Shown: one piece after another, positions 1 through 8,937 of the stretch
Layout of the letters: every line of letters begins with the position of its first letter
Numbering within the stretch: the first letter of the stretch is position 1
Assembly (NCBI GenBank): GCA_963719085.1
Contig: CAVRAL010000001.1
Coordinates: 1,377,999-1,441,998, forward strand
Direction: 5' to 3'
Origin: a candidate division FCPU426 bacterium
Lineage (GTDB): Bacteria; Oederibacteriota; Muellerivitia; Muellerivitales; Muellerivitaceae
DNA: 64,000 nucleotides
Program-made: the position numbers and the translations under genes
Notes under the pieces: generated by a model
Told to the model about the DNA's origin: nothing
What the model saw: only the letters and a program-made list of their open reading frames with translations
Databases searched by the model: none

Positions 1-11
1 CCCAGTTCAAT

Positions 12-43
12 AAAAAAACCCAATGGCGTTTTTCGCCATTGGG
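12..43 (-). terminator. Rho-independent terminator downstream of tRNA-Thr
   Basis: Perfect 10-bp stem CCCAATGGCG/CGCCATTGGG (19-43) followed on the minus strand by T7. Confidence 0.85.
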
Positions 44-49
44 CTTATA

Positions 50-125
50 TGGAGCTGGGGACCGGGATTGAACCGGCGACCTGCTGTTTACGAAACAGCT
101 GCTCTACCAACTGAGCTACCCCAGC
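50..125 (-). tRNA. tRNA-Thr(CGT)
   Basis: 76-nt cloverleaf on the reverse complement: GCTGGGG/CCCCAGC acceptor stem, D arm GCTC-AGTTGGTA-GAGC, anticodon arm GCTGT-TTCGTAA-ACAGC, TTCAATC T loop, encoded CCA. Confidence 0.98.
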
Positions 126-146
126 GTCGAGATCAAACGAGGTGGA

Positions 147-175
147 AGTTTACTGACCCCTTCCTTACCCGTCAA
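147..175 (-). promoter_or_regulatory. sigma70-type promoter for tRNA-Thr
   Basis: TTGACG-N17-TAAACT on the minus strand, 21 nt upstream of the tRNA 5' end. Confidence 0.75.
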
Positions 176-208
176 CTTTTTAAAAGGAGCCTATAAAACT
201 TGATCCAC

Positions 209-242
209 AAAAAAATCCCCAGGCCAAAAGACCCGGGGATTT
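209..242 (-). terminator. Rho-independent terminator of the CBM11-like gene
   Basis: Minus strand ATCCCCGGGTC-TTTT-GGCCTGGGGAT (G-U pairs) followed by a T run, just after the stop at 256. Confidence 0.75.
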
Positions 243-255
243 CGCCTTGTTTCGC

Positions 256-1368
256 TTATTTAATGACTTCCAGCTTATCCACCGCGATCGTAGCCTTCAC
301 CGCCGTCTTGGGCTGCAAGTTGAAGCTCTTGACGCCCGACAGGTCCAGCGGCGCGCCCTTCACGCCATCCGGGGCGGTGTAATAAGGATCCAGCTTAAAG
401 CTATCCATGGGAATTTGAACCGTTTCCCAGCCCGTGCCCTTGGTCGAGGGGGCGTCCGCCGTGTATTGGTTGTTGTTCTTGTCCTTCAAGGCGAACCCGA
501 TCACCACCGGCACCTTGGAATAAACCATAAAGCTGATGGCCTTGCCGCCGGTCCAATCCTGGCCGTCCCAAGTATTGCCCGTGTGATAAAACATGCCGCA
601 ATAACCGCCCTGGACCTCGTTGAAATTAATCACGAGGAACTTGGCCCCGGCCTTGTTGGAATTGGCCTTCACCGAATAGGCGAACGAGGAGCCGTTGGAA
701 TCGGCGAAAGTGCCGCCGGACTTGGGGTCATCCGTCGAGAAGTCTTGGATCACCAAAGGCGCGCCGGTGGCCACAATGGGCTGGGCCGCCGCCACGGGCG
801 CCGCCGCGGCCGGGGATCCAACTCCATCGGTCGTGATCGGGCCGATATTCACCACGGCCGAACCCACGATATGGGTCCCGAAACCAATCTTACCCACTTG
901 GCTTAAATCTTCCGGGCTTCCCTTCACGGCTTCCGGAGGCTGGTAATAGGGGTTCAATTTAAAAGACGAGATTGGAATGGAAATGTCGGTCCAAGACGCG
1001 GAGGGGATGGTGAAGTTCACCGTGTAGCTCACGTTGTTCTTGTCTTGGATATCCAATTGAAGCTCGCCCGGGAGCGTCGACTTGGCCGAAAACTTCAAGT
1101 TGGCCGACTTCGAAAAATCCGCCGGAACCGCTAAGTTGTGCCAGATGCCCGCGTAGCCGCCCTGGACCAAGGTGGCCGTGATTTGAACCGACTTTTGCCC
1201 GCCCTGGGGCCCATCCGCTTGTAGGACGTCGCATTTGGAACCGTTCGAGTCCTCGAACCCGCCCACATCCTTGCCCGGGGCGATCGCGCTCCAATCTTCC
1301 ACGGACCCGGCGTAAGCCGAAGTCGCCGCCAAAGCCAAAACCAAACCCAACATTGATTCGCGAATCAT
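256..1368 (-). CDS. Secreted protein with two tandem carbohydrate-binding (CBM11/CIA30-like) domains
   Basis: Signal peptide (..ATSAYA); internal repeat WTDISIPISSFKLNPYY..DLSQV vs WETVQIPMDSFKLDPYY..DLSGV; Ala/Pro linker; AAGGAG RBS. Confidence 0.65.
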   Translation of the reverse strand: MIRESMLGLVLALAATSAYAGSVEDWSAIAPGKDVGGFEDSNGSKCDVLQADGPQGGQKSVQITATLVQGGYAGIWHNLAVPADFSKSANLKFSAKSTLPGELQLDIQDKNNVSYTVNFTIPSASWTDISIPISSFKLNPYYQPPEAVKGSPEDLSQVGKIGFGTHIVGSAVVNIGPITTDGVGSPAAAAPVAAAQPIVATGAPLVIQDFSTDDPKSGGTFADSNGSSFAYSVKANSNKAGAKFLVINFNEVQGGYCGMFYHTGNTWDGQDWTGGKAISFMVYSKVPVVIGFALKDKNNNQYTADAPSTKGTGWETVQIPMDSFKLDPYYTAPDGVKGAPLDLSGVKSFNLQPKTAVKATIAVDKLEVIK

Positions 1369-1404
1369 GCGTTTCTCCTTAACAAAATGTGGAAAAAACT
1401 CAGC

Positions 1405-1587
1405 TTAGAAATAATCCTCCACCAACCCCAGCACCACCAACTCCACGGCCACCCAAATCACCGAATAAATCAGGAAGGCGAAAATCGAGTGACGGCCGCC
1501 CATCAAATAGTTCCCCATGAATGAAAAGACCGCGAAATTAAAAAACCAAAGCAAAAATCCAATGCGGGCTAAGCTTAAATTTTTCAC
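1405..1587 (-). CDS. Small hypothetical membrane protein (2 TM)
   Basis: 60-aa ORF, AGGAG RBS before GTG, two hydrophobic segments. Confidence 0.6.
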   Translation of the reverse strand: MKNLSLARIGFLLWFFNFAVFSFMGNYLMGGRHSIFAFLIYSVIWVAVELVVLGLVEDYF

Positions 1588-1612
1588 CCTACACCTCCTA
1601 AAATAGGCCGGC

Positions 1613-2221
1613 TTAAGACCTCGACACCGACTTCAAACTTGATTTCAAAATCTCCTCCACCGACGGCGTTTGGCCCAAAGCCTGCACCGCGGTCAAAACC
1701 GCCCGGCGGGACTCGTTCGCCGAATAACCCAAGGCCAGCATGGCCTGGATGGCATCCGAAAGGTTTTTGGTCTCAACCCCCAGGGAAGCTTCCTCTATCA
1801 GTACGCCCGCGCTGGACAGTTTGGTTACCTTGTCCCGCAGTTCCAAAATCATGTGTTGGGCCGTTTTTTGCCCGATGCCGGGAGCGGTGCGCAAAACCGC
1901 CAAGTCCTCATTCACAATCGCCTGATAAAGCTTGTCCGGCGAGAAAGCCGACAAGACATTCATGGCCGCCCTGGGGCCGATCCCCGAAACCGCCAGGAGC
2001 AGCAAGAACGCCTGCTTTTCGGAGTCCTTCTCAAAGCCGTACAGTTGAAGAATGTCTTCCCGCACATGCAGGTAAGTTTTCAGCGTCAAGCTCTGTCCCA
2101 CCGCCGGGAGCGCCTGGAAGGTCCGTTGAGAAACCGCCAGTTCATACCCGACCCCGTCCACGTCAATTTCCACCCGCTCGGGCGATTTGAAGGCCAGGAT
2201 CCCCTGCAAAAAAGCGATCAA
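1613..2221 (-). CDS. ruvA: Holliday junction branch migration protein RuvA
   Basis: MIAFLQG start (TTG), DVDGVGYEL, HVRED..LYGF, VSGIGPR and PGIGQKTA HhH motifs, C-terminal ALGY. Confidence 0.97.
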   Translation of the reverse strand: MIAFLQGILAFKSPERVEIDVDGVGYELAVSQRTFQALPAVGQSLTLKTYLHVREDILQLYGFEKDSEKQAFLLLLAVSGIGPRAAMNVLSAFSPDKLYQAIVNEDLAVLRTAPGIGQKTAQHMILELRDKVTKLSSAGVLIEEASLGVETKNLSDAIQAMLALGYSANESRRAVLTAVQALGQTPSVEEILKSSLKSVSRS

Positions 2222-2236
2222 TAGTAACCCCAAAAT

Positions 2237-2310
2237 CAGTTAGGAGTTGGGAGTTCGAAGTGGGGAGTTTTCCGTCAACTTCGAACTCCCAACTCCCCGC
2301 TCCCAACTCA
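2237..2310. repeat. Inverted array of heptamer repeats (GAGTTGG-like) forming a long hairpin
   Basis: Five heptamers each side; perfect 19-bp stem GGAGTTGGGAGTTCGAAGT (2243-2261) / ACTTCGAACTCCCAACTCC (2278-2296). Confidence 0.85.
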
Positions 2311-2319
2311 CGTGAGTGT

Positions 2320-2883
2320 CTAGTCTTCGAGAAACTTCAGGTGCACCAGGATATGGAGCAGTTCTTCCACCTGGGTCAGGGCCGGCACATCCTTGTTCTG
2401 CGTGGCCGCGTACCAAAAAGAAACCACGTTTTGGTCCAGCCAGATGCCCTTGCTCTCAAAATCCTCGTCGATGACCAGCGCCTTATAATGATGCTCGTCC
2501 AGTTCGTTGTCGGACAGGGGGCTCTTCATGCCCGAAGCCTTGAGCTTGATGTGCTCCTTGGCTTGGTTGAAATATTTCTGGTCCTCCGCCGACAGGTTCT
2601 CGAAAACCACCTGGGCCGCCTCGGGATCGATGGAATCAATGATGCTTCGGTCGATCCAAACGCCCATGCTCTCCTCGTCCCAAAGGTAATCATGCCCCTG
2701 ATGTTCCAGGGCGACCATGGGCTGGCCGCTGTCCGGGCTGAGCTTATCCGTGGGCCCTTTGTTGACAGAATCTTTCAGGAAATCCTCGGCCGTCACGTTG
2801 AACTTCTCGTCCACCGGGTATCCGCATTCCGGGCAGTAACGGGCGCTGTCAAAAAGTTTATTCCGGCAATTTTTACATTTCAC
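2320..2883 (-). CDS. Zinc-ribbon protein with two degenerate zf-TFIIB-like repeats
   Basis: GTG start after AAGGAG; CKNC..CPECG ribbon; repeats SPDS..DEESMGVWID and SPLS..DFESKGIWLD. Confidence 0.65.
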   Translation of the reverse strand: MKCKNCRNKLFDSARYCPECGYPVDEKFNVTAEDFLKDSVNKGPTDKLSPDSGQPMVALEHQGHDYLWDEESMGVWIDRSIIDSIDPEAAQVVFENLSAEDQKYFNQAKEHIKLKASGMKSPLSDNELDEHHYKALVIDEDFESKGIWLDQNVVSFWYAATQNKDVPALTQVEELLHILVHLKFLED

Positions 2884-2900
2884 AATTCTCTCCTTACGTC

Positions 2901-3458
2901 TTAGTCCGGAACCTGTTTCCGGTTTTCTTGAAGCCGCTTCAGCCACTCGCCGGTACCCGCCTGGGCGTGGGTCAAGGCCACCGCCAGGGCGTCCGCCGTG
3001 TCATCCGGCTTAGGCGCCTCCGTCAATCCCAGAAGCAGCTTCACCATGCGCTGCACCTGTTGTTTATCCGCCTGCCCATATCCGGTCACCGCCTGCTTCA
3101 CTTCCACAGGCCGATACTCAAAGATCGGGATCCCCGCCAAGCCGGCGGCCAGGATGGCCACACCCCGGGCCTGCGACACCACCATGCCGGTGGTCACATT
3201 CTTCGAAAAAAATAACTGCTCCAAGGCCATCACCTGCGGCCTGTTTTTCCGCACCACTTCGGTCAAACCCTGAAACAAAACCACGAGCCTTTTCTCCACC
3301 GGCTCTTTCGCCGCGGACGTAAGCGTTCCGCAATCCACGATCTTCCATTTTCCGGCCGCTTCCCGGATCACGCCGTATCCCATCCGGGCCAGGCCCGGAT
3401 CAATGCCCAAAATCAACCGCCCCGGCGCCGCCGCGGGCTTGCGGGCGGCTTTACCCAT
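2901..3458 (-). CDS. ruvC: Crossover junction endodeoxyribonuclease RuvC
   Basis: ILGIDPG, ALEQLFF, QARGV, VKQAVTGYGQADKQQV, PDDTADALAVA. Confidence 0.97.
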   Translation of the reverse strand: MGKAARKPAAAPGRLILGIDPGLARMGYGVIREAAGKWKIVDCGTLTSAAKEPVEKRLVVLFQGLTEVVRKNRPQVMALEQLFFSKNVTTGMVVSQARGVAILAAGLAGIPIFEYRPVEVKQAVTGYGQADKQQVQRMVKLLLGLTEAPKPDDTADALAVALTHAQAGTGEWLKRLQENRKQVPD

Positions 3459-3459
3459 C

Positions 3460-4209
3460 CTATCGGTCAAGCTTCGCCATGATTTCATCGCTGACTTCAA
3501 AATTCGCGTGCACGTTTTGGACATCCTCGTAATCATCCAACATGTCGTAAAGTTTCAAAACCGACTCGGCCTTTTTCTCATCCAGGACCACCGTGGTCTT
3601 GGGCAGCATGGTCACCTCGGCGCTCTCGGTCGGGATTTTTTTATCGTCCAGCGCCTTTTTCACCACGTCAAAGGATTCGGACGCGGTGATAATCTCATAG
3701 TGATCAGCCTTCTCTGTTTTCAAATCCTCGGCGCCCGCGTCCAGAACCAGCCCCATCAAGTCGTCCTCGCCGATGGCGTCTTTTCTAACCGTGATCAGGC
3801 CTTTTTTGTCGAACAGAAAAGACACCGAGCCCGACTCCGCCATGTTGCCGTTGTATTTGGAAAAAATGGAGCGGATATCGGCGGCCGTGCGGTTGCGGTT
3901 GTCCGTCACCACCTCCACCAACATGGCGACCCCCGCGGGGCCGTAACCCTCATATAAGAATTCTTCCAAAGCCGCGCCGCCCTCGGCGCCCGTGCCTTTA
4001 TCAATGGCCCGCTTGACGGTGTCCGCGGGCATGCTGACTTCTTTCGCCTTGAGGAGGATATTGCGCAGGCGCAGATTCGTGTCCGGGTCGCCGCCCGACT
4101 TGGCCGCCAATTGGATTTCTTTGGCCAAGCGCGAAAAAGCCTGTCCCCGTTTTTGGTCGAGCACACCCTTGGTACGTTTGATTTTGGCCCACTTGCTATG
4201 ACCGCTCAT
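3460..4209 (-). CDS. yebC: YebC/PmpR family protein
   Basis: MSGHSKWAKIK, YEGYGPAGVA, TDNRNRT, DVQNVHAN. Confidence 0.97.
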   Translation of the reverse strand: MSGHSKWAKIKRTKGVLDQKRGQAFSRLAKEIQLAAKSGGDPDTNLRLRNILLKAKEVSMPADTVKRAIDKGTGAEGGAALEEFLYEGYGPAGVAMLVEVVTDNRNRTAADIRSIFSKYNGNMAESGSVSFLFDKKGLITVRKDAIGEDDLMGLVLDAGAEDLKTEKADHYEIITASESFDVVKKALDDKKIPTESAEVTMLPKTTVVLDEKKAESVLKLYDMLDDYEDVQNVHANFEVSDEIMAKLDR

Positions 4210-4460
4210 GTTTCAACCTGCCCTGAATGAAATGATGTGAATGTCCCGCTTCGTCCCAAGACTCCGCCGGACACCCTCCGCTTTTCGCATTTAAAACCCG
4301 GCATAGCCGATCCACCCGGCCCCCATCACTTTGTCGGTTTCTCGCGAAGCCGGGTGTAAATTCTTCAAAGCAAATGTCTTTTTTTCGGACCCAAGAAGAC
4401 CTTCGCCTTCCCGGCCCTCGGAAAACCGCTGTTTTCGACGGCTCCAACTAGTCCTAAAAC

Positions 4461-4510
4461 AACAAAAGGCCGCTTTCCCGGCCATCATCCCGGAAAAGCG
4501 AACCTTTGTT
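4461..4510 (-). terminator. Probable terminator hairpin downstream of tyrS
   Basis: Minus strand CGCTTTTCCGG-N8-CCGGGAAAGCG with flanking AACAAAGG/CCTTTTGTT and T-rich tail. Confidence 0.6.
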
Positions 4511-4569
4511 ATGACGAATTATATCGAAGACTTAGGCCGCAGGCTACCAAAACCTAGGGTCAAAAATCC

Positions 4570-5805
4570 TTAACCAGCCAATATTTTAAGGAAAACCTTC
4601 CCCGAACGGATGAGCCCGGTTTCTCCCGGGGCTAATTCAATGGAATCGCTAAAAGAAGCGATCTTACGCTTTTGCTGATGTCCATCCACCCATTCCACCG
4701 CCCCCTGCTCAATCAAGCGCTTGGCGTCGCTTTTGGTTTTAGAAATCCCCACCTTCAACATGAAATCGGCCGCTTTGTAGGCTCCCGGCTCCACGGAGAC
4801 TTTCGGATAGTCCACCGTCTCGCTCATTTGATGGCGGTTCTCGAAATAATCCCAGGCTTCCTTGGCTTTTTCCGGCCCGTAAAAACGCGCGGTCATTTCC
4901 TGCGCTAATTCCATCTTGGTCGTCTTGGGATGCTTCTCCCCCTTGGCCACCAAAGCCTTCAAGGCCTCCCACTTCGCCCCCTGGTCCGACAAAAGCTGGT
5001 AGTAACGCCACATCAAATCATCCGACACACTCATGAGTTTGGAGAACATCTCGTTGGGAGGGTCGGTCACGCCCACGTAATTCCCCAGGCTCTTGGACAT
5101 TTTTTTGACCCCGTCCAGCCCTTCCAGAATCGGCATGGCCAGGATCACCTCGGGCTTTTGGCCGACTTCCTGTTGAAGCGCGCGGCCCACCAGGCAATTG
5201 AACTTTTGGTCGGTTCCGCACATCTCCACGTCCGATTCCAGCATGACCGAGTCGTAACCCTGGATCAGCGGGTACAAAAGCTCATGCAGACTGATGGGCT
5301 TTTGCTCCTTCATGCGGTTGGTGAAATCATCCCGTTCCAAGATACGGGCCACGGTATATTTGGAGGCCAGGCGGATCACGTCCTCGAAGGCCATCGGGCG
5401 GCACCATTCGCTGTTGTAACGCACCTCGATTTTAGCCGGGTCCTTATCCAAAACCTTGAAGACCTGTTCCAAATAGGTCTTCGCGTTGGCCTCCACCTCG
5501 TCCCGGGTCAGGGGTTTGCGGGCGGCGGACTTGCCCGTGGGATCGCCGATCATGGCGGTGAAATCGCCGATTAAAAACTGGACCTTGTGTCCCAAGTCCT
5601 GAAACTGGCGCAGCTTCCGGAGCACCACGGTGTGGCCCAAATGGATGTCAGGGGCCGAGGGGTCCGCGCCCCATTTCACCTTCAGGGGGCGCCCTTCTTT
5701 TTCTGCCGTTTGGAGCCGCTCCAATAACTCGGATTTGGAAATCACCTCGGCCGTTCCATCGAGGATTTTTTCCAGCTGTTCTTGGGGACTTAAGTTGGTT
5801 TTCAT
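4570..5805 (-). CDS. tyrS: Tyrosine--tRNA ligase
   Basis: [13 protein letters not shown] (HIGH motif), [21 protein letters not shown]-terminal S4 domain; start placed at MKTNLSP. Confidence 0.97.
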   Translation of the reverse strand: MKTNLSPQEQLEKILDGTAEVISKSELLERLQTAEKEGRPLKVKWGADPSAPDIHLGHTVVLRKLRQFQDLGHKVQFLIGDFTAMIGDPTGKSAARKPLTRDEVEANAKTYLEQVFKVLDKDPAKIEVRYNSEWCRPMAFEDVIRLASKYTVARILERDDFTNRMKEQKPISLHELLYPLIQGYDSVMLESDVEMCGTDQKFNCLVGRALQQEVGQKPEVILAMPILEGLDGVKKMSKSLGNYVGVTDPPNEMFSKLMSVSDDLMWRYYQLLSDQGAKWEALKALVAKGEKHPKTTKMELAQEMTARFYGPEKAKEAWDYFENRHQMSETVDYPKVSVEPGAYKAADFMLKVGISKTKSDAKRLIEQGAVEWVDGHQQKRKIASFSDSIELAPGETGLIRSGKVFLKILAG

Positions 5806-5919
5806 GGCCGCCATCATAACAAATCCCTTTTGACGGGGCCAATTTTTGTCTGAGCAATTCCGGGGCTTGCGCCTATAATATCCATTCTTGCTCAACCCCT
5901 TTAAGGAAGAGAAACCAAA

Positions 5920-8175
5920 TTGCCGATCGAAAAACCAAAATCCTCAAACTCCCATTTTTGGAAAATCTTTTTCCTAGTCGCCTTCGCCCTGATCGGCTCG
6001 GCCATGGGCGTCATTTACGCCCATCTGCAGGAATTGCCCGACATCACCAACCTGAACGAGTTCAAACCGTCCCAAGCCACCCGCATCTATGACATCAACG
6101 GGGACCTCATCAGCCAATTGTGGCTGGAACAACGCACCTTGGTGCCGTTGGAAAAAATCCCCCTCCCCTTGCAGCAAGCGGTCATTTCCATCGAGGACTC
6201 GCGTTTTTACGAGCATTTCGGCATCGACGTCATCGGCATCGTCCGGGCCTTCATCGCCAACGTGGCCCACGGAGGGGTCAAAGAAGGCGCCAGCACCATC
6301 ACCATGCAGTTGGCCCGGAACCTTTTCCTGACTCCCGAGCGCACCTTTGGCCGGAAAGTCCGGGAGGCCCTGCTTTCCATGCAGATCGAGAAAAACTACT
6401 CCAAACAACAGATTTTGGAGATGTACTTGAACCAAATTTATTTCGGCGAAGGCGCCTACGGCTGTGAGTCGGCGGCCCGCACTTATTTTGGCAAACACGT
6501 GGAAGACTTGACCGTCCCCGAATGCGCCATGCTGGCGGCTTTGCCCAAGGCCCCCAATAATTATGACCCTTATAAGGATCCTTACGACGCGCTGAAGCGC
6601 CGCAACCTGGTTTTAAATTCGATGGCCGACAACAATTACATTTCCCTGCAGGAAGCCACCGAATTTAAAAACACCCCGATTGAGCTGAAAAAAATCGAGG
6701 TGCAAAACGCCCCTTATTTCGTCGAGTTTGTGCGGCAGCAGTTGGAAGCCCGCTACGGTTCAAACGCCGTCTATAAGGGCGGTCTTTCGGTTTACACCAC
6801 GCTCGACATGAAGCTTCAAGAAGCCGCCCAATTGGCTTTGGAAAAAGGGTTGGAAAACGCCGAGGCCCAGGCCCTCAAAAACCGCCAAAGCAATATCCCG
6901 GTCGATCAAACGATCCAAGGCGCGCTTTTGGCGATGGATCCGCATACCGGGGCGATCCGCTCCATGATCGGCGGGCGGGACTTCCGTCAAAGCGTTTTTA
7001 ACCGGGCCATCCAAGCCAAACGCCAACCCGGATCCGCTTTCAAACCCATCATTTACGCCGCCGCCATCGAGAACGGCTACACCATGGCGGACGTGTTTCT
7101 TGATTCCCCCGTGGTTTATCCCGATCCCACCACCGGCCAACCTTGGCGCCCCACCAATTTTTCCACGAAGTTCCGGGGCCCCACCACCTTGCACACCGCC
7201 CTGATGTATTCCATCAACGTGGTCACGATTAAGCTTTTGGACAAATTGGGCATTCAACCCGTGGTCAGCATGGCCCGGCGCTTGGGCATCACCACGCCCA
7301 TCAAACCCAACCTGTCCTTGGGGCTCGGCACGTCCGAAGTGACCCTGCAGGAAATGGTTCAGGCCTTCTCGGTGTTCGATAACCAGGGCATCCGGGTGGA
7401 ACCCTTCGCCATTCTTTCGGTGAAAGACGCCTCGGGCCGGGTGCTGGAAAACAACTCGCCCGTCGCCCAAGCGGTGCTGGATCCCGACACCGCCTATATC
7501 ATGACCCATACCCTGCAGGATGTGATCGACCACGGAACCGGCCGCATCATCCGTTTAATGGGATTTACCTACCCGGCCGCCGGTAAAACCGGAACCACCA
7601 ACGACAACGTGGACGCTTGGTTCCTGGGCTACACGCCGGACCTGACTTGCGGGGTGTGGGTGGGTTATGACGACCGAATCAGCCTGGGCAAAAAACAAAC
7701 CGGCGGGGAAACCGCCGCCCCGATCTGGGCCGATTTCATGAAGGCCGCCACCGAGGGAAAAGCCGTGAAGGATTTCCCCCTTCCCAACGATTCGGACACC
7801 GAATTCGTGACGAAGAAAATTTGCATGGACTCCGGGCTTTTGGCCGGCCCCTATTGCCTGCGCACCCGGGATGAGATTTTCAAGAAGGAAACCGCCCCCA
7901 CCAAGTTCTGCAATATCCACACCGGCCCCAGCGCCACTTTATCGGGCACCACGGAAAATGACTCCACTTCCACCAACCCGGCCCAAGGTGACGGGGACAT
8001 TCTGGAAATGGAAGCGGGCCAGCAAAGCGCCGCGCCCCAAGGGGCTTCACCCGCGGCCTCTACTTCGGAAACCCCGGGCGCGACCGGCGAGAACCTTACC
8101 GCCCCGGCTCCCGCCGCTCCCAGCGCCACACCCACTGGCGGCGACAAGGATAGTTATCCCGACGCGGGATTCTAA
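5920..8175 (+). CDS. Class A penicillin-binding protein (PBP1A family)
   Basis: N-terminal TM; transglycosylase [23 protein letters not shown]; transpeptidase SAFK, SIN, KTG; low-complexity tail. Confidence 0.95.
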   Translation: MPIEKPKSSNSHFWKIFFLVAFALIGSAMGVIYAHLQELPDITNLNEFKPSQATRIYDINGDLISQLWLEQRTLVPLEKIPLPLQQAVISIEDSRFYEHFGIDVIGIVRAFIANVAHGGVKEGASTITMQLARNLFLTPERTFGRKVREALLSMQIEKNYSKQQILEMYLNQIYFGEGAYGCESAARTYFGKHVEDLTVPECAMLAALPKAPNNYDPYKDPYDALKRRNLVLNSMADNNYISLQEATEFKNTPIELKKIEVQNAPYFVEFVRQQLEARYGSNAVYKGGLSVYTTLDMKLQEAAQLALEKGLENAEAQALKNRQSNIPVDQTIQGALLAMDPHTGAIRSMIGGRDFRQSVFNRAIQAKRQPGSAFKPIIYAAAIENGYTMADVFLDSPVVYPDPTTGQPWRPTNFSTKFRGPTTLHTALMYSINVVTIKLLDKLGIQPVVSMARRLGITTPIKPNLSLGLGTSEVTLQEMVQAFSVFDNQGIRVEPFAILSVKDASGRVLENNSPVAQAVLDPDTAYIMTHTLQDVIDHGTGRIIRLMGFTYPAAGKTGTTNDNVDAWFLGYTPDLTCGVWVGYDDRISLGKKQTGGETAAPIWADFMKAATEGKAVKDFPLPNDSDTEFVTKKICMDSGLLAGPYCLRTRDEIFKKETAPTKFCNIHTGPSATLSGTTENDSTSTNPAQGDGDILEMEAGQQSAAPQGASPAASTSETPGATGENLTAPAPAAPSATPTGGDKDSYPDAGF

Positions 8176-8419
8176 TCACCGCAATTAACATTGAGGTCCC
8201 GGGGCTCCATATTGAAGTCAAGGACGCCGGGGACAATGTCGCTCTCCGCTAACATCTATATATGGACAAGCGACGCGCGCGCAGATAAACACCGATAAAA
8301 CCCAAAACTTTTTTCTCTCGAAAAACCGTTAAAAAAGATTAGTAAAACGCCCGATTTGGATTTTAGGCAAAATCAGCGTGTAACTGCGTCCATCATTGTA
8401 AATTAATCTTTTGTGGAGT

Positions 8420-8893
8420 TTAGACCGCTTTGATTTGGTCGACGGTCTGGCGCAGAACGGCCTTGAGGATATCCATTGAATCCTTGACCGCCGTCGGCGT
8501 TCCAGGAAGGTTGAGGACCAAGGTTTTGGCCCGAATGCCCGCCAAACCCCGGGTCAAGGCGACCAGCGGCGTGTTGGCGTAAGCGTTATGCCGGGCCAGC
8601 TCCGTGAACCCCGGGAGCCAGCGTTCACAAACCTGGTACATGGATTCCGGTACCCGGTCCTTAGGCTTAATCCCAATGCCGTCCACGGTTAAAATGATGT
8701 CAATCTGGCCCGAATCGCAGTTGGAAACCAGCCAATGGATGATGTGCTCGTCTTGGTCCGGAACCGTCTCATGTTTGACTAGTTCCCAACCCATTTTGTT
8801 GCAGATTCCCTCGAGCGCCAGGCCGCTTTCATCCTTGGCTTCGCCCGAGAGGTATCGGTCCCCCACTGTTAAAATCGCCGCTTGAATAGCCAT
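8420..8893 (-). CDS. MogA/MoaB family molybdopterin-binding protein (divergent)
   Basis: ILTVGD..D.SG, VPD, PKDRVPE, LPGF, NLPGTP.AV motifs. Confidence 0.85.
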   Translation of the reverse strand: MAIQAAILTVGDRYLSGEAKDESGLALEGICNKMGWELVKHETVPDQDEHIIHWLVSNCDSGQIDIILTVDGIGIKPKDRVPESMYQVCERWLPGFTELARHNAYANTPLVALTRGLAGIRAKTLVLNLPGTPTAVKDSMDILKAVLRQTVDQIKAV

Positions 8894-8937
8894 GGTTTTT
8901 CCTTTTCAACCAACGAAATCCCAATTGGGATTTTGAG

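Noticed and set aside
1..1600. Integrative element at tRNA-Thr
   Set aside because: No integrase or duplicated tRNA 3' end in the window; a terminator directly follows the tRNA and further sequence lies outside the window
8190..8245. Imperfect hairpin after the PBP1A stop as an ncRNA or riboswitch
   Set aside because: Several mismatches and no recognisable family motif; could be a weak terminator
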